From: an archaeon
Lineage (GTDB): Archaea; Iainarchaeota; Iainarchaeia; Iainarchaeales; JAAZKV01
Reading direction: 5' to 3'
DNA length: 64,000 nucleotides
Assembly (NCBI GenBank): GCA_041659525.1
Contig: JBAZYC010000001.1
Location: 725,554 to 789,553 of the forward strand
Shown: in pieces, positions 18,281-28,400 of the stretch
Layout: the number at the start of each line of letters is the position of its first letter
How positions within the stretch are numbered: position 1 is the first letter of the stretch
Made by a program: the position numbers and the translations under genes
Notes under the pieces: generated by a model
Databases searched by the model: none
Seen by the model: only the letters and a program-made list of their open reading frames with translations
What the model was told of the DNA's origin: nothing

Positions 18281-19591
18281 TCACTCTTCTAAATAAGTAT
18301 CAGTTCTACTAAATTCGCTTATCTCTCCGCGCAAGTTCTTTGTAAGCATTTCGCGAGCCTCTTTTGGATTAAAGTTTCCAAGTAACCAAGAAAGTTTCAT
18401 TAATGCAGTTTCAGGTAACATATCTTCGCAGTGAATTGCTCCTGTGGAAGCAACTTTTCGTAAATTAGTGTAAACATTTGGGTGTACTCTTCCATTTAAG
18501 CATTGAGAGGTAACTCCAACAACACAACCTGATTCAACTAATTCTCCTAGAGCCTTTACAAAAGAATCTTTTTCTCCAATAGGAGTGTGCCCGAGTCCAG
18601 TTCCTTCAATTATTAGTCCTTTGTATTTTTCTTTTCTATAAAAAGCAAGTTCTTTTTCAGAAACAAGCGGATGCATTTTTAGTAAACCAACTTTTTCTTC
18701 AAATTTATTTAATAATTTGAATTCGCCTTTAGATTTTTCTAGTTCTGTTTTGTTTTTTATCCACTTAATTTCTTTTGTAAAATAATTAATTAGTGCAATT
18801 GGGGTGTCATTTATTGGTTTGAATGCATCTCTTCTTGAGGTATGCATTTTTCTTGTTTTTGTTCCTGGGAGGATTGCACAATTATCATCATTAGTAGATT
18901 GGTGCATGCACACCGCTACTCCTTTGTAATTTGTTTTTGTAATAAAAGTTGCTGCACTAATTAAGTTCATTGCAGCATCACTACTTCCTCTATCTGAACT
19001 CCTCTGTGCTCCAACAATTAAAACCGGTATTGGGCAATTTTCTAGTTCAAATGAAAGAGCAGCTGCACTATATCCAAGCATATCCGTTCCGTGTCCAATA
19101 ATTATTCCCTTAACTCCTTTTTTGATTTGTTCTTTTACTGCAGTAGATATTTTTTGAAAATCAGTTACTTTCATATCTTCTGACATCATGTTTGAAACAA
19201 AAACTGATTCAATGTTAGCAATAGTAGTAAGTTCTGGAAACATTGTTACTAAATCATTAATGTCAAAACTCGCGTAAACTCCGCCTGTTGAGTAATTTAC
19301 TCTTGAAGCTATAGTTCCTCCTGTGTGAAGAATTGCGATTGTTGAAAGAGCAGGATTTTTCTTTATTTCAATTGTTTTTGCTTTTCCAACTGATTTACTC
19401 TCTCCTAAGGACTTAATGCTTTTTACTTTAGTTAATTCAAAACCAGCATTATATCCAGTACTTAGTTTTAGCATTAGCGTATCATCATTGCTTGGAATAA
19501 TTGTTCCGCTGACTTTGTTTCCCTCAAAGTCAAACTCAATCATTAACCCTTCTTTTAGAGAGTTCTTTTTGTAAAATTCAATTAGTTTCAT
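18281..19591 (-). CDS. gatD: Glu-tRNA(Gln) amidotransferase subunit D
   Basis: LKLSTGYNAG N-domain, TGGTIASRV, HGTD, GAQRSSDRGSSD, KMHTSRRDAF, DMLPETA. Confidence 0.97.
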   Translation of the reverse strand: MKLIEFYKKNSLKEGLMIEFDFEGNKVSGTIIPSNDDTLMLKLSTGYNAGFELTKVKSIKSLGESKSVGKAKTIEIKKNPALSTIAILHTGGTIASRVNYSTGGVYASFDINDLVTMFPELTTIANIESVFVSNMMSEDMKVTDFQKISTAVKEQIKKGVKGIIIGHGTDMLGYSAAALSFELENCPIPVLIVGAQRSSDRGSSDAAMNLISAATFITKTNYKGVAVCMHQSTNDDNCAILPGTKTRKMHTSRRDAFKPINDTPIALINYFTKEIKWIKNKTELEKSKGEFKLLNKFEEKVGLLKMHPLVSEKELAFYRKEKYKGLIIEGTGLGHTPIGEKDSFVKALGELVESGCVVGVTSQCLNGRVHPNVYTNLRKVASTGAIHCEDMLPETALMKLSWLLGNFNPKEAREMLTKNLRGEISEFSRTDTYLEE

Positions 19592-19677
19592 TCACATAGA
19601 TAAGAGCGGTTTAATTTTTAATTGCTTTCTTAAGGGGTTTTTTCATTAATTATTCAATAGTCAACTTTTTTGAAGAA

Positions 19678-20640
19678 TTAGCAACTTCCTTCAAAAGTTG
19701 TTTTTGTACAATAAGCGCTTTCACTATTTATTGGGGTGAAGGTTGTTCCAATTTGTTTTTTGTTCCAAGCACTAGCACAATCAAAAGAATTTAAGCAATT
19801 TGCACAATAATGAATTTCTTGGTAAGTGCTATTATTTGGGTTAAATATGCTTTCTCCTACTCCTCCAGTTTTGCAAGCTTTAGTAGTATCAAGAGTGAAT
19901 ATTATTGAGTTTTCATCAAACCCTGCGTTTTGTCCTTCAAAAGTAAATATTGCTTTGTATTCTCCTGAATTACTTGGGGCAATACTCCAAAGGAAAGGGT
20001 AACTCTCCCCAGGCATTATTGTCATTGTTTCTTTTGTTTCGGAAACATAATCTGTTTCGACCCAATTAGTTGGGGATTTTTTTTCAAGTTTCAAAGAGTT
20101 TTTTCCGAAAGCAAGTTCGTTTGAACCAATATTTTTTACAAGTACTTTTATTTCTGCAGTTCCGTTTGTGTTATCAACTAATTCTATTTTATCGATTTTT
20201 GCTTGTGCAGGCAAACTTCCCAAATAAAATTTACAAGTAGCTAGTTCTCCTTGTTTGATACATCTTAAACTTGTTTGGATTTTTGTTGTATCTTTAACTT
20301 TAAAGAAATCATAATCCCATTCAATTGATTTGTTACATTTATAATTTTTGTCTTGATCCTCTTTTCTTATACAGCACTCTTTTGGATCCAAGCATTCAAA
20401 TGCAACTAATACAGTTTTGTAATCAAAATTGTTTTTGTTTACAATAAATTCTTCACCATAAAGCGGGAAACCTAAGTTCATTGTTTTTCCTAACATTGTT
20501 TGTAATTTAGCTATTTCAATGGATTTTTTCATATTATCTACGCTTTGTTTATTTTCTAGAAATTGAGGGGCAAACGTCAAAAAAACCATTACTAATGCAA
20601 GAGCAACAATTGCATAAATTATTATTTCAAATGTATTCAT
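19678..20640 (-). CDS. Membrane-anchored extracellular protein, Cys-rich, possible Ig/CARDB-like domain
   Basis: N-terminal TM; VLVKNIG...IMPGES beta-sandwich pattern. Confidence 0.65.
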   Translation of the reverse strand: MNTFEIIIYAIVALALVMVFLTFAPQFLENKQSVDNMKKSIEIAKLQTMLGKTMNLGFPLYGEEFIVNKNNFDYKTVLVAFECLDPKECCIRKEDQDKNYKCNKSIEWDYDFFKVKDTTKIQTSLRCIKQGELATCKFYLGSLPAQAKIDKIELVDNTNGTAEIKVLVKNIGSNELAFGKNSLKLEKKSPTNWVETDYVSETKETMTIMPGESYPFLWSIAPSNSGEYKAIFTFEGQNAGFDENSIIFTLDTTKACKTGGVGESIFNPNNSTYQEIHYCANCLNSFDCASAWNKKQIGTTFTPINSESAYCTKTTFEGSC

Positions 20641-20644
20641 TTTT

Positions 20645-20854
20645 TCACTTCAAGAGTTTGTATTCTATTACAAATAATTTTTTTATTATCATCCCTACTA
20701 TGAGGGCCATTACTGCTAAGAAAATGTAAAATAACCAATTGTCTTGGTAAAAGAATAGATCTTTCCATTCTCCAGCCCAAAGATCAATGCTAAATAGTAT
20801 CCAAACAACTATAACTCCTGAAGCAAGGAATAGTAATAACTTTGCTAGTTTCAT
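20645..20854 (-). CDS. Small two-TM membrane protein
   Basis: Two hydrophobic helices; co-oriented with its neighbours. Confidence 0.6.
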   Translation of the reverse strand: MKLAKLLLFLASGVIVVWILFSIDLWAGEWKDLFFYQDNWLFYIFLAVMALIVGMIIKKLFVIEYKLLK

Positions 20855-20916
20855 TCTTATCAGGAGGATTTTACTATTTTCAATTACTTAAACTTTACTT
20901 TGAGGGGTATTTTTAG

Positions 20917-22773
20917 CTAATTTCCCGCTCCATAAGTGTCTTCTAAGGAGACTCTTTTTTGAATTGAAAACATTTTCTTTACTTCTTCAACAGTAGTAGC
21001 ACTCTCTGCTTTTTTATCTGTTCTCAAAACTATCATTCTTGGGAATCTTAAGGCAAATCCTTTTCCTTTTTCTTTTCCACAGGAGTGCATTGGGCTTAAA
21101 GTAATTTCATCTGCCCTAGTTTCTACTACATATTGAGGAATAACCCAGTGATCCGGTTCAACTTCTGAAGTTACTCTTACTGGTTTGTTTTTTGAAATTG
21201 TTTTAGAAAGTAAACCTTCAAGTTCACTAAGAATTTCTTCACTCATTCCCGTCCCTATTTTTGCAATGCTTTCAAACATATCTTTTTTCTCATTGTAAGC
21301 CGCGGCAAGCAGTGCTCCTAGTCCAAATTGAGTTCTTTTTCCCTTTCCACTATAGTATCCAATTATTACAAGGTCAAGTGTATCATCAAGTGTTCCTTTG
21401 TAGGAGCGTTTTAGTTTTATCCAAGCAAATTTTCTTGCTCCTGCAATATAAGGTGCATCAAGATCCTTGGCAATTATTCCTTCTAGTCCCTTTGCAATTG
21501 CATCTTCAAAGAATTCTTCTAGTTCTTTAGAATTATCAATTATTTTTTGTTCACTAAGTCTAATTATTTCGCTTCCATTTTCTTTTATTATACTCTGGAG
21601 TTTTTTTCTTCTTTCCTGCAGGGGTTTTTCTAAATAGCTTTCTCCATCACAGTACATAATATCAAATAAAAATAATTTCAGAGGATATTCTTTTGCTTTT
21701 TTTTCAACTTCGTATTTTCTTTTCCTTTGAATTGTAACTTGGAATGGATAATATTCTTGTGTTTCTTCATTAAAAGCAAGTGCCTCTCCTTCTACTATAC
21801 ATTTTTTTGGAATTAAGTTTTCTCTTACCGCTGCAATAATTTCAGGGAACATATCAGTGATTTCTTCGCTTTGTCTTGAAAATATTTTTACATTATCTCC
21901 GTCTTTACTTATTTGTACTCTGAATCCATCATATTTGTGTTCTACTGCACATTTTCCTAGTTTCTCAATTATTTCTTTTGCGCTTGGTAATCTCTCTGCA
22001 GCAGTGGGTCTTATGGGAGTACCTGGTTTTATTTTTATTTCTTCAAGGCCCTCTAGTCCTTCTTCTTTTAGTATTTGAGCGATTTCTCCAAGATCAGAGT
22101 CAACATTATAAGCGGCTTCAATTTTTTCTCTAATTCCAACTTTTATTTTTCTTTGTCTGTCTCCAATTTCTTTTTGTTCTTTTTTCTTCACTGTTTTTCC
22201 TTTTTCTTTTTTTAATTCTTCTTGTTCTTCTTTTGAAAGAACCATTGCAAATGCATCCATTATAGTGGGATCCCCAATTCCTAATCTAATATTTCCTAGT
22301 GGAATTCTTGCAATGTAACGGGATTCTATTGGAGAAGCTGAATTAAATAATTCTGCAAGTAATTTTGTTTTTAGTTCCTGACTTCCTATTCCTTCTGTTT
22401 GAGCCATTTTTTTTAAGTTAGAAAAAACTTTATCGATTGTTAAGCTCTCTGCGAATAGTGCTTGTTGTTTTCTTTTTTGCATCATTTGTTCAGCTGCATC
22501 CCCAAGGTCCCCTGATTTGTTAAACAATGCATCTACTTCTACTCTTGTAAACCCGCTTGATTTTGCTATTCCTTCTGCAATTAGTTTTTCTCCAAACCCA
22601 ATTTCTTTTGCTTCAAATTGCGGAGCTATTCTTCCTTGGAGAAGATAAATAACTTTTTTAGCGTCATTAGCAGGGATTATTTCAAATAACTCGGCTAAAT
22701 AATCAGTCATTATTAGTCTTGAAGAGGCTCGTTCTATTTTGTCAAAATATTGTGCAACTGTTCTGAATTCCAT
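20917..22773 (-). CDS. lig: ATP-dependent DNA ligase
   Basis: EHKYDGFR motif I, EGEA, FDI, EGIIAK, WIKLK, ALRFPR. Confidence 0.97.
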   Translation of the reverse strand: MEFRTVAQYFDKIERASSRLIMTDYLAELFEIIPANDAKKVIYLLQGRIAPQFEAKEIGFGEKLIAEGIAKSSGFTRVEVDALFNKSGDLGDAAEQMMQKRKQQALFAESLTIDKVFSNLKKMAQTEGIGSQELKTKLLAELFNSASPIESRYIARIPLGNIRLGIGDPTIMDAFAMVLSKEEQEELKKEKGKTVKKKEQKEIGDRQRKIKVGIREKIEAAYNVDSDLGEIAQILKEEGLEGLEEIKIKPGTPIRPTAAERLPSAKEIIEKLGKCAVEHKYDGFRVQISKDGDNVKIFSRQSEEITDMFPEIIAAVRENLIPKKCIVEGEALAFNEETQEYYPFQVTIQRKRKYEVEKKAKEYPLKLFLFDIMYCDGESYLEKPLQERRKKLQSIIKENGSEIIRLSEQKIIDNSKELEEFFEDAIAKGLEGIIAKDLDAPYIAGARKFAWIKLKRSYKGTLDDTLDLVIIGYYSGKGKRTQFGLGALLAAAYNEKKDMFESIAKIGTGMSEEILSELEGLLSKTISKNKPVRVTSEVEPDHWVIPQYVVETRADEITLSPMHSCGKEKGKGFALRFPRMIVLRTDKKAESATTVEEVKKMFSIQKRVSLEDTYGAGN

Positions 22774-22860
22774 TTTAATTACCCAACTCTTTTTTAGTAG
22801 TTTTTTTCTAATTAATATAGATTGATTAGCTTTTTATAATCCTTGTGAGTATATTTATTC

Positions 22861-23298
22861 ATGGCTTGGGGACTTGAGTACATTGCTGGGTTTAATCCTT
22901 TTCCTTTCGGGGGAATGGCTATAATTGGAGCCTTTGTTTTTTTGTTTGCTTTTGGTTATATTGCTAATAGAGGAAAATCTAACGCTGCTGAACTTTCTCT
23001 TGAAACAGTAGGATATTCTCTTTTAATTGGTGGTATTTTGTTTATAATGAATCTTCCTCCATTAGTGCTCGGAGTAGGTTATATTGCAGGATACATTTTA
23101 GTTAACAAGCATGTTTCTAAAACAAAAACCGATTTTAGCTGGGTTGTTTTTGTATTTTACCTTCTTTTTGTTTTCACAGTGCTCGCTGTTCTTGATGAAT
23201 TTTCAAGGTTTTGGTGGACTGTTTTTGTATTAGTGTTTATGGTTGCTACTAACGAAATTGATCTTAAGCACAAAGTTGCCCAAAAGCCAAAGAAATGA
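22861..23298 (+). CDS. Hypothetical membrane protein
   Basis: Multiple TM helices. Confidence 0.7.
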   Translation: MAWGLEYIAGFNPFPFGGMAIIGAFVFLFAFGYIANRGKSNAAELSLETVGYSLLIGGILFIMNLPPLVLGVGYIAGYILVNKHVSKTKTDFSWVVFVFYLLFVFTVLAVLDEFSRFWWTVFVLVFMVATNEIDLKHKVAQKPKK

Positions 23299-23378
23299 GC
23301 CTTACCCAACTTTTAAAAACCATTTTGAGGAATTTTTCTTTATTAAACCTTTGACAAAGTCAAATGTATAACAGTAAG

Positions 23379-23452
23379 GGGGATATAGTCTAGCCTGGTT
23401 AGGACCGGCGCTTTGGGAGCGTCAAACACGAGTTCAAATCTTGTTATCCCCA
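23379..23452 (+). tRNA. tRNA-Pro(TGG)
   Basis: GGGGATA/TATCCCC acceptor stem, anticodon arm GGCGC TTTGGGA GCGTC, T arm ACGAG TTCAAAT CTTGT. Confidence 0.93.
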
Positions 23453-23624
23453 TTTATTTTTTTTAATTTTTTTATACTTTTTTTAGCATAATGCATTTTT
23501 TTTGTTTTTTTAGTCTTTTTTTTCTTAAATTTAATTTTGCCTTTTCCCTAACTAAATCAATACTAATTTAAACACTTTTTTAGTAAATTATATCAAAATT
23601 AGTTTCTCTATTGGGGGGTTATTT

Positions 23625-24440
23625 ATGAAGAAAGAGGTTTGTGATTGTAATGGGGGAGATTGTCACTCAATGCCAAAAATATTGGCTGTTCTTGCAATAA
23701 TTTTGCTTGCAGGAATTTTGGTTGCAGTTTCTTTTAACGCTGGAATCAATTCTAGTCCATCAAATGTAATATTAAATTCTGATGGAAAATTGGATGTTAA
23801 AACATTAAGTGTTTCAGGTAATGTAACTAAAATGGTTTCTCCTAACAAAGTAGATATTGTTTTGAGTGTTGAAACACTTGATTTATTAGCACAAAAGAGT
23901 CAAAGCGATAACGCTGTTATTGCTGATAAAGTAAAGGGTTCTCTTGAAGCACTTAGTTCTGTTAAGGCTGAAGTAAAAACAGTTTCTTACTCAGTGAACG
24001 AAGAATTTGAATGGAATGATATAACAAAGAAATCTGAATCAATTGGTTATAGAACAGTTAACCAAATTCAAGTTACTTTAAATGAAGCTGATATTTCTAG
24101 TGCTGGAAAAATAATTGATATAGCAGTAGAAAATGGAGCTAATAGAGTTTCAAGTATTGCTTTCGGTTTAACTAAATCAAGAGAACTTGCAGTAAGAAAA
24201 ACTGCTTTGAACGAAGCAAGTTCAACTGCTAAAATTAAAGCAGAGTCAATAGCACAAGGATTAGGAATTACAATAGGGGAAGTTCGCACAGTAAGCGAAA
24301 ACTCTTTCTATTATACTCCTAACTATGCTAACTATGATTTAGCTAAAGTTGCTGGTAGTGCAGAAGCAGTATCTACTCCAATAGTAGCAGGGGACGTAGA
24401 AGTATCTGCTAGCGTTGCAGTAGAATTCGAATTAAAGTAA
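23625..24440 (+). CDS. SIMPL (DUF541) domain protein
   Basis: TLSVSG...VSP, GYRTVN, IIDIAVENGAN, AKIKAESIAQGLG, TPIVAG. Confidence 0.9.
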   Translation: MKKEVCDCNGGDCHSMPKILAVLAIILLAGILVAVSFNAGINSSPSNVILNSDGKLDVKTLSVSGNVTKMVSPNKVDIVLSVETLDLLAQKSQSDNAVIADKVKGSLEALSSVKAEVKTVSYSVNEEFEWNDITKKSESIGYRTVNQIQVTLNEADISSAGKIIDIAVENGANRVSSIAFGLTKSRELAVRKTALNEASSTAKIKAESIAQGLGITIGEVRTVSENSFYYTPNYANYDLAKVAGSAEAVSTPIVAGDVEVSASVAVEFELK

Positions 24441-24450
24441 ACTCTTTTTG

Positions 24451-24490
24451 ATTGCGAGCAAATTGCTCGCAATTTTTTTATTTTTTTTAT
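24451..24490 (+). terminator. Hairpin + T-tract terminator
   Basis: attgcgagca-aat-tgctcgcaat followed by a long T-rich run. Confidence 0.7.
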
Positions 24491-24604
24491 TTGTTCTTCT
24501 AATTTAAATTATTTTAAACCCTATTTGTTAGTTCATTTTTTTGCTAATTTAACCCCCCCGAAATACTTTAAATAACAAACAAACTCAGTATTTGTGGTGA
24601 TTTT

Positions 24605-25333
24605 GTGCCTGTTACTCTAAGAAGACATTTAGCTACTAAAAAAAATGCTGCTGGGAAAAGAATAGTTCCTTTTTCAGGATTACGCGAAGGAGTTAATGCT
24701 GGTGAAGCACTAAAAAGGCATTTTGCTTTTATGAAAGTAAATAAAATCAAAGGATATTCTACTGAAGTTGAAAGAGGGGTTCTTGGAGCAAAAACTGCTC
24801 AAAGAAGATTTGGGGTAAAAAAACCTTTAGTTAAATTAAGAAAAGAACTTGGGTTAGCTAATATTTTTATTGATGAAAAAAAAGCAGTTGAAATTTTGAC
24901 TAATAAATATGGTGGGGACGAAGTTAAATCTAGAAATGCTTGGCTTAAAGGGGATACTCTTGAAGGAACATTAAAACCTTGGGATAAAATTTCTGAAGAT
25001 ATTGTTAGAAGAAGATTTGGTTTAGCACTTGCTGCAGAAGCAGGTAAAAGTGGAGCGGGAAGAAAAGGAGTTGCGTTACGAAGTGTATTACAAGATAATG
25101 TTACTCATAGTTGGATAGTCGAATCAGTGGTTCAAAGATTAACTAAAGGAATGAAGAACGTTCCTAAAATGGTTGGTCTTCCAAAAGAAACTACTGGAAT
25201 AAAAATGCAATTTGTAAAAATCCCTGATGGAAGATTTAGGGTATATATGGAATATGAAGAATTTCGTGGGGACGTTACAAGAAATTTTGCAGAATGCATG
25301 CTTCCTTCGGTTAGAAAATATTTAGAAGCATAA
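24605..25333 (+). CDS. Basic hypothetical protein, possible degenerate histidine phosphatase fold
   Basis: SD GGTGA + GTG; N-terminal VTLRRH and downstream VTHSW echo the RHG and (S/T)H catalytic motifs. Confidence 0.6.
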   Translation: MPVTLRRHLATKKNAAGKRIVPFSGLREGVNAGEALKRHFAFMKVNKIKGYSTEVERGVLGAKTAQRRFGVKKPLVKLRKELGLANIFIDEKKAVEILTNKYGGDEVKSRNAWLKGDTLEGTLKPWDKISEDIVRRRFGLALAAEAGKSGAGRKGVALRSVLQDNVTHSWIVESVVQRLTKGMKNVPKMVGLPKETTGIKMQFVKIPDGRFRVYMEYEEFRGDVTRNFAECMLPSVRKYLEA

Positions 25334-25409
25334 ATATTTAGTTGAGATGAATAGTTGGGTGATTTTTTTCATTAAGTTTATTTAACTAACAAGCTTTGGG
25401 GTTGTTTTT

Positions 25410-28400
25410 TTGGAATTGACTAAATTTTTTAGTAATCTTTCAAAAGAAAGCGTGGGCATTGCTGGAGGAAAAGGAGCTTCTCTAGGGGAAATGACTCGCG
25501 CTGGTATTCCAGTTCCTAATGGTTTTGTAGTTCTCTCTGATTCTTTTGAAAAGTTTTTAGAGGAAACAGATTTAAATGTTGAAATTGATGCAATTTTAGA
25601 TTCAGTGAATCACAACGAGATGCAATCAATTGAGAATGCTTCTGAAGAAATTAAAGCTCTTATTCTTAATGCGAAAATGCCAATTGATATTGAAAAAGAA
25701 ATAAAAAAGGATTTCAAAACTTTGAATGCAAAATTTGTTGCGGTTCGTTCTAGTGCAACTAGTGAAGATTTTTCTAGTGCTGCTTGGGCTGGACAACTTG
25801 ATAGTTTTCTTAATACTAAAGAAAAGGATTTACTTGAAAAAGTAAAACATTGTTGGGCTTCTCTATTTACTCCTAGAGCTATTTTTTACAGATTTGAAAA
25901 AGGACTTCACACTACAAAAATTAGTGTGGCTGTTGTAGTTCAAAAAATGGTTAATTCAGAGATAAGCGGAATAGCTTTTTCTGTTCACCCCGTAACCCAG
26001 GATAGGAATCAATTAATTATTGAAGCAGGATTTGGTTTAGGAGAAGCAATTGTTTCAGGTAGTATTACTCCTGATTCTTATGTGGTTGAAAAGAATCCAA
26101 GAAGAATAATTGACAAGAATATTAGTGATCAAGAAAGAGGGTTGTTTAAAGTTGAAACTGGCGGAAACGAATGGAAGAGTACTAAAGAAAATGGGGTAAA
26201 GCAAAAGCTTTCAGATAAGCAAATAATGGAGCTTAGTGAAATAATTTTGAGAATAGAAAAACATTATGGTTTTCCTTGCGATATAGAATGGGCATTTGAA
26301 GGGGGAAAATTCTTTATTGTCCAATCAAGACCAATTACCACTCTTTTAGATAAAAGTAATGATAACGAAATGCCTAGCGTAGTTAAAACAAAAAAAGTTT
26401 CAAGTAAATCAAAAGAGGATGAGATTCAAAAGTTTGTTTCATTGATTAATTCGCAACCACTTGATGTTAAGCAAGCCAAATGTAGTGTTTTGGCCGCTGA
26501 CATAGTTTTTGGGGTTTATTCTAATAAAGTAGTTTTCAATGAAAATTATTCACCCTTGATTCATCCGTATAAGTGGCCTAATTTGCAGCAAGTAATTCTT
26601 GAAGGAAGAATGAAAGGGGTTGAAAGAGTTATTTGGACAAATGCGATTAAGAACAAAAAAAAGTTTACAAGAGTTTTGAGTGAAGGTTCTGCTTTGCATA
26701 AAAAAATAGTGCGTATGAGTATTCCTGATTCACAACTATCAAAACTTTCTGAGCCACAGCTCTTAAAATATTTTGAGGAATTAGTTGAATTAACTAAAAA
26801 ATGGTGGGTGTATGCTGCGATAGGGGAAGATAAGGGGCTTGTGGTTGAAGAAAAATTAATTCCTTTGTTAGTTAAAAATCATAATTTAACTCCTCATGAA
26901 GCACAAGAATATTCTTCTGACATGGCTTCTCCCAAGGGGCAATCAGTGTTCTCAAAAGAAAGAACTGCTTTTTTAGAACTCTGTTTGATTCTTTCAAAAA
27001 ATAAAGCTCTTTTTAATTTAATAAAAAAAGGAGAGTCTTTACCTAAAAATAAGTTTTCTTTATTTTCAAAAAAAATAAATGATTATTCTAAAAAGTATTT
27101 TTACTCAAGAACAGATTTTTATGGAGGTCAAAAAATAAATGATTTTACTTTACCAAAATTAGTATTTGACGAATTAAATAAAACTACTTTATCAAAATTA
27201 AAACACGAGTTTATTGTTTTTAAAACTTCTGAAAAAGAATTAGAAAAAAGGCAAAAAGCGTGGTCAAAACGAGTTTCTTCAATTACAAAAGAAGAAAAAG
27301 ATTATTTGTGGTATTCTGAGGTAATGCACACTTGGATTGATGAAAGAAAAGTTTGTATGGTGTCCCAGTTTTATTATTTGTTTTCAGTTCTTGAAGAACT
27401 TTCTTTGAGAAGAAATATTAGTTATGACAAGCTTGCCTTACTAACTATAAGTGATTTAAAAAAATTTATCAAGGACGGAACAATTGATTTTGATTTAATC
27501 AAAAAAAGAGGAGAAGGAGCAGTTTTTGTTTATGAAAAAAACAAGCCTGTTGTAGAATTTTTTGAAAAAGACGCGGATTTGTTTAATGAAGCAATAAATA
27601 GGCACAGTTCTTCAGAAACAGTTGCTGGAACAATTGCAAGTAAGGGTAATGGCGAAAAAATTATTGTTGGTCGCGTAAAAATAGTTCATGATCCGTTTAA
27701 GGATTCTTTTGCTGAAGGGGAAGTATTAGTAACTACTATGACTCGTCCAGAGTTCGTACCTATAATGAAGAAAGCCATTGCGATTGTTACTGATGAAGGT
27801 GGACTTACCTCTCATGCTGCAATAGTATCAAGAGAGCTTGGGGTGCCTTGTATAATTGGAACAAAGAATGCTACAAAACTACTCAAGGACGGAGATTTGA
27901 TTGAAGTTGATGCAAATACAGGGGTTGTGAGACTAATAGATTCTACTAAAATTGAATCTTTAGTAAAAAATAATTTGGTTTTTGAAAAATCTATTACTCG
28001 TGATTGGGGAATGATTTATGCTGAAATTTGGCACAAAGTTTTCACCAGTGAATTCAAAAAGCAACTTGGTTGGGGTTATACAGAAGTTGTGTTTGAGGGT
28101 AAAAATAATTCTGTGACTATTTATCGTGCACCAAGTGAACATTTGGATGGAATGCGAGATTTTATTCTTGCTAATCTTGACAAGGACAAAGATTGGTTAA
28201 GGAATCATGCAAAAATAGTAAAAAAAATGGTGAACAAAGCAATTTCTTGGATGAATTATTTAGAAACCAAAAAGTTGTCAAATTATTCTTCAAAAGAACT
28301 AGCAATTATTTTTGATGATTTTGTTAAAATGAATATAGAACTAGGCCCGCGTTTTATTATGATGCTTTGGTTTCCAATTCAAATGGAGAAACATAATAAA

